Below are positions 62,542-64,000 of a stretch of 64,000 bases of DNA, piece by piece. Location of the stretch: contig CM059431.1 of assembly GCA_030390025.1 (NCBI GenBank), positions 122,824,001 to 122,888,000 of the forward strand. Direction: 5' to 3'. The notes under the pieces were generated by a model. That model was given only the letters and a program-made list of their open reading frames with translations. It was not told the origin of the DNA and ran no database searches. Made by a program: the position numbers and the translations under genes. This DNA comes from Squalus acanthias (Eukaryota). Each line of letters opens with the position of its first letter. Position 1 is the stretch's first letter.

Positions 62542-64000
62542 TACTCCCTTATCTCCAATCTCCCTTTCCTGTCCAAATTCCATGAACATGTTGTTGCTTC
62601 CCAAATACATGCTCATTTTTCCTGCAATTCCATTTAAATCTCTCCAATCAAGTTTCAACCCATGTCACAGCACTGAAACAGTCCTAACCGACATCATAAA
62701 TGACTGTTACCGTGGTACATTATCCCTCCTTGTCCTCTGCAGCCTTTGACACTGTTGACTACACCAGCCTCCTCCAACGCCACTCCTCCACCGTCCAGCT
62801 CAGTGAGGCTGTCCCTAGTTCCAATCTTACCTATCCAATTGAAGTCACAGCATGTCCAGCAATGGCTTCTATTCACACCCCTGCACTGTTACATCCAGAG
62901 TCCCCCAAGGATCTATTCTTGACCCCCTCCTCTTCATCTACATGTTGCTCTCTGGTAACATCAGCAACAGACATGGACACACAGTTCTATCTCTCCTCTA
63001 TTGCCTCAGTATTGTCAGACTGCTTATCCGACACCTAATCTTGGATGAGCCGCAATTTCCTCCAGCTAAACATCAGGAAGACCGAAACATTCGTCTTAAG
63101 CCCAGTACCCTCACCACCGATTCCAACCCCTCTCCGGCCACTATCTCAGGTTAAACCAAACTGTTCCCAAACATGACCTGAGCGGAGCTTTTGATCCTAT
63201 AACCTCTCCATCATAAAGACTGCCTAAGTCCACCTCCATCACATCGCCTGCCTCTACCCCTACCTCAGCCCATCTTCAGCTGATGCCCTTCTCTATCCCT
63301 TTCTCACCTTCAGACTCAAGTATTACAATACTTTCTTATCCCATCCACCATGCTCCATGAACTTCAGCTCATCCAAAACCTGACTGCCCATATCCTATCC
63401 CACACCAAATCCCGATAACCCATTTTTGCTGACCTACATTATCTGCCGGTACCCAAATGCCTCCAATTTAAAATTTTCATCATTGTGCTGAAATCCCTGC
63501 ATGATCTCACCCCTATCGCTGTACCATCCTCCCTATGACCCCTTCAGCCCCAAATTCTCTGTTCCTCTGACTCTGGCCTTTTGTGTTACACCCATTCACC
63601 ACTGGTGACCGTGTCTTCAGCATTCTCAGCCTTATACTCTGGAATTCTCCCCCTAAACCCCATTTCACTTCTCTATCCTCCTTTCAGAACCTCCTTAAAA
63701 TACACCTCTTTGACTAAGCTTTGGTTCACCTCTTCCAATAACTCTTTCATTGGCTGAGCATTCATTTTTGTCAAAATTTAAAATTAATGCTTCAATTTTA
63801 AGATTCCCATCCTTGTTTTCAAATCCCTCCATGGCCTCGCCCCCTCCCTTCCTTCAGCCCTACAAGTCTTTGCGATAGCTGCACTCTTCCAATCCTGGCC
63901 TCTTGCGCATCCCCAAATTCAATCACTCCCCCGTTGGTGGCCCTGCCTTCAGGTGCCTAAGTTTTGGAATTCCTCCCTAAACCTTTCCGCCTCTCTACCT

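Larger units (their letters stand above)
61700..63725 (+). mobile_element. Decayed L2 LINE (RT to 3' end), interrupted by nested MITEs; a further L2 piece at about 63775-64000
   Basis: ISNLPFLSK, HSTET, LSSAAFDTVDY, VPQGSILDPLLF, WMSRNFLQLN and LQLIQN motifs. Confidence 0.9.

Overview
Eukaryotic, repeat-dominated, non-genic or intronic DNA. The repeat set points to a cartilaginous fish, probably a shark (inference): CR1 and L2 LINEs, tRNA-headed Deu-domain SINEs and Penelope-type terminal repeats. I could not identify an intact host gene; there are only a few isolated candidate exons. The main biology is a dense set of PIF/Harbinger DNA transposons. Two near-complete, decayed two-gene elements (about 39.5-43.8 kb and 55.3-60.1 kb) carry a spliced Myb/SANT gene convergent with a HARBI1-like DDE transposase. 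There are also Myb-only remnants, a two-copy family with the transposase core deleted, and many 3-bp-TSD MITEs. Other elements include TA-TSD Tc1/pogo-type MITEs (one nested in a relative), two or three solo LTRs (one about 2 kb, CpG-rich, with an apparently very long R region) and hammerhead-ribozyme-like cores in Penelope-type repeats. All calls were made by eye, and some boundaries are approximate. The superfamilies are known; whether the families are new needs database searches.
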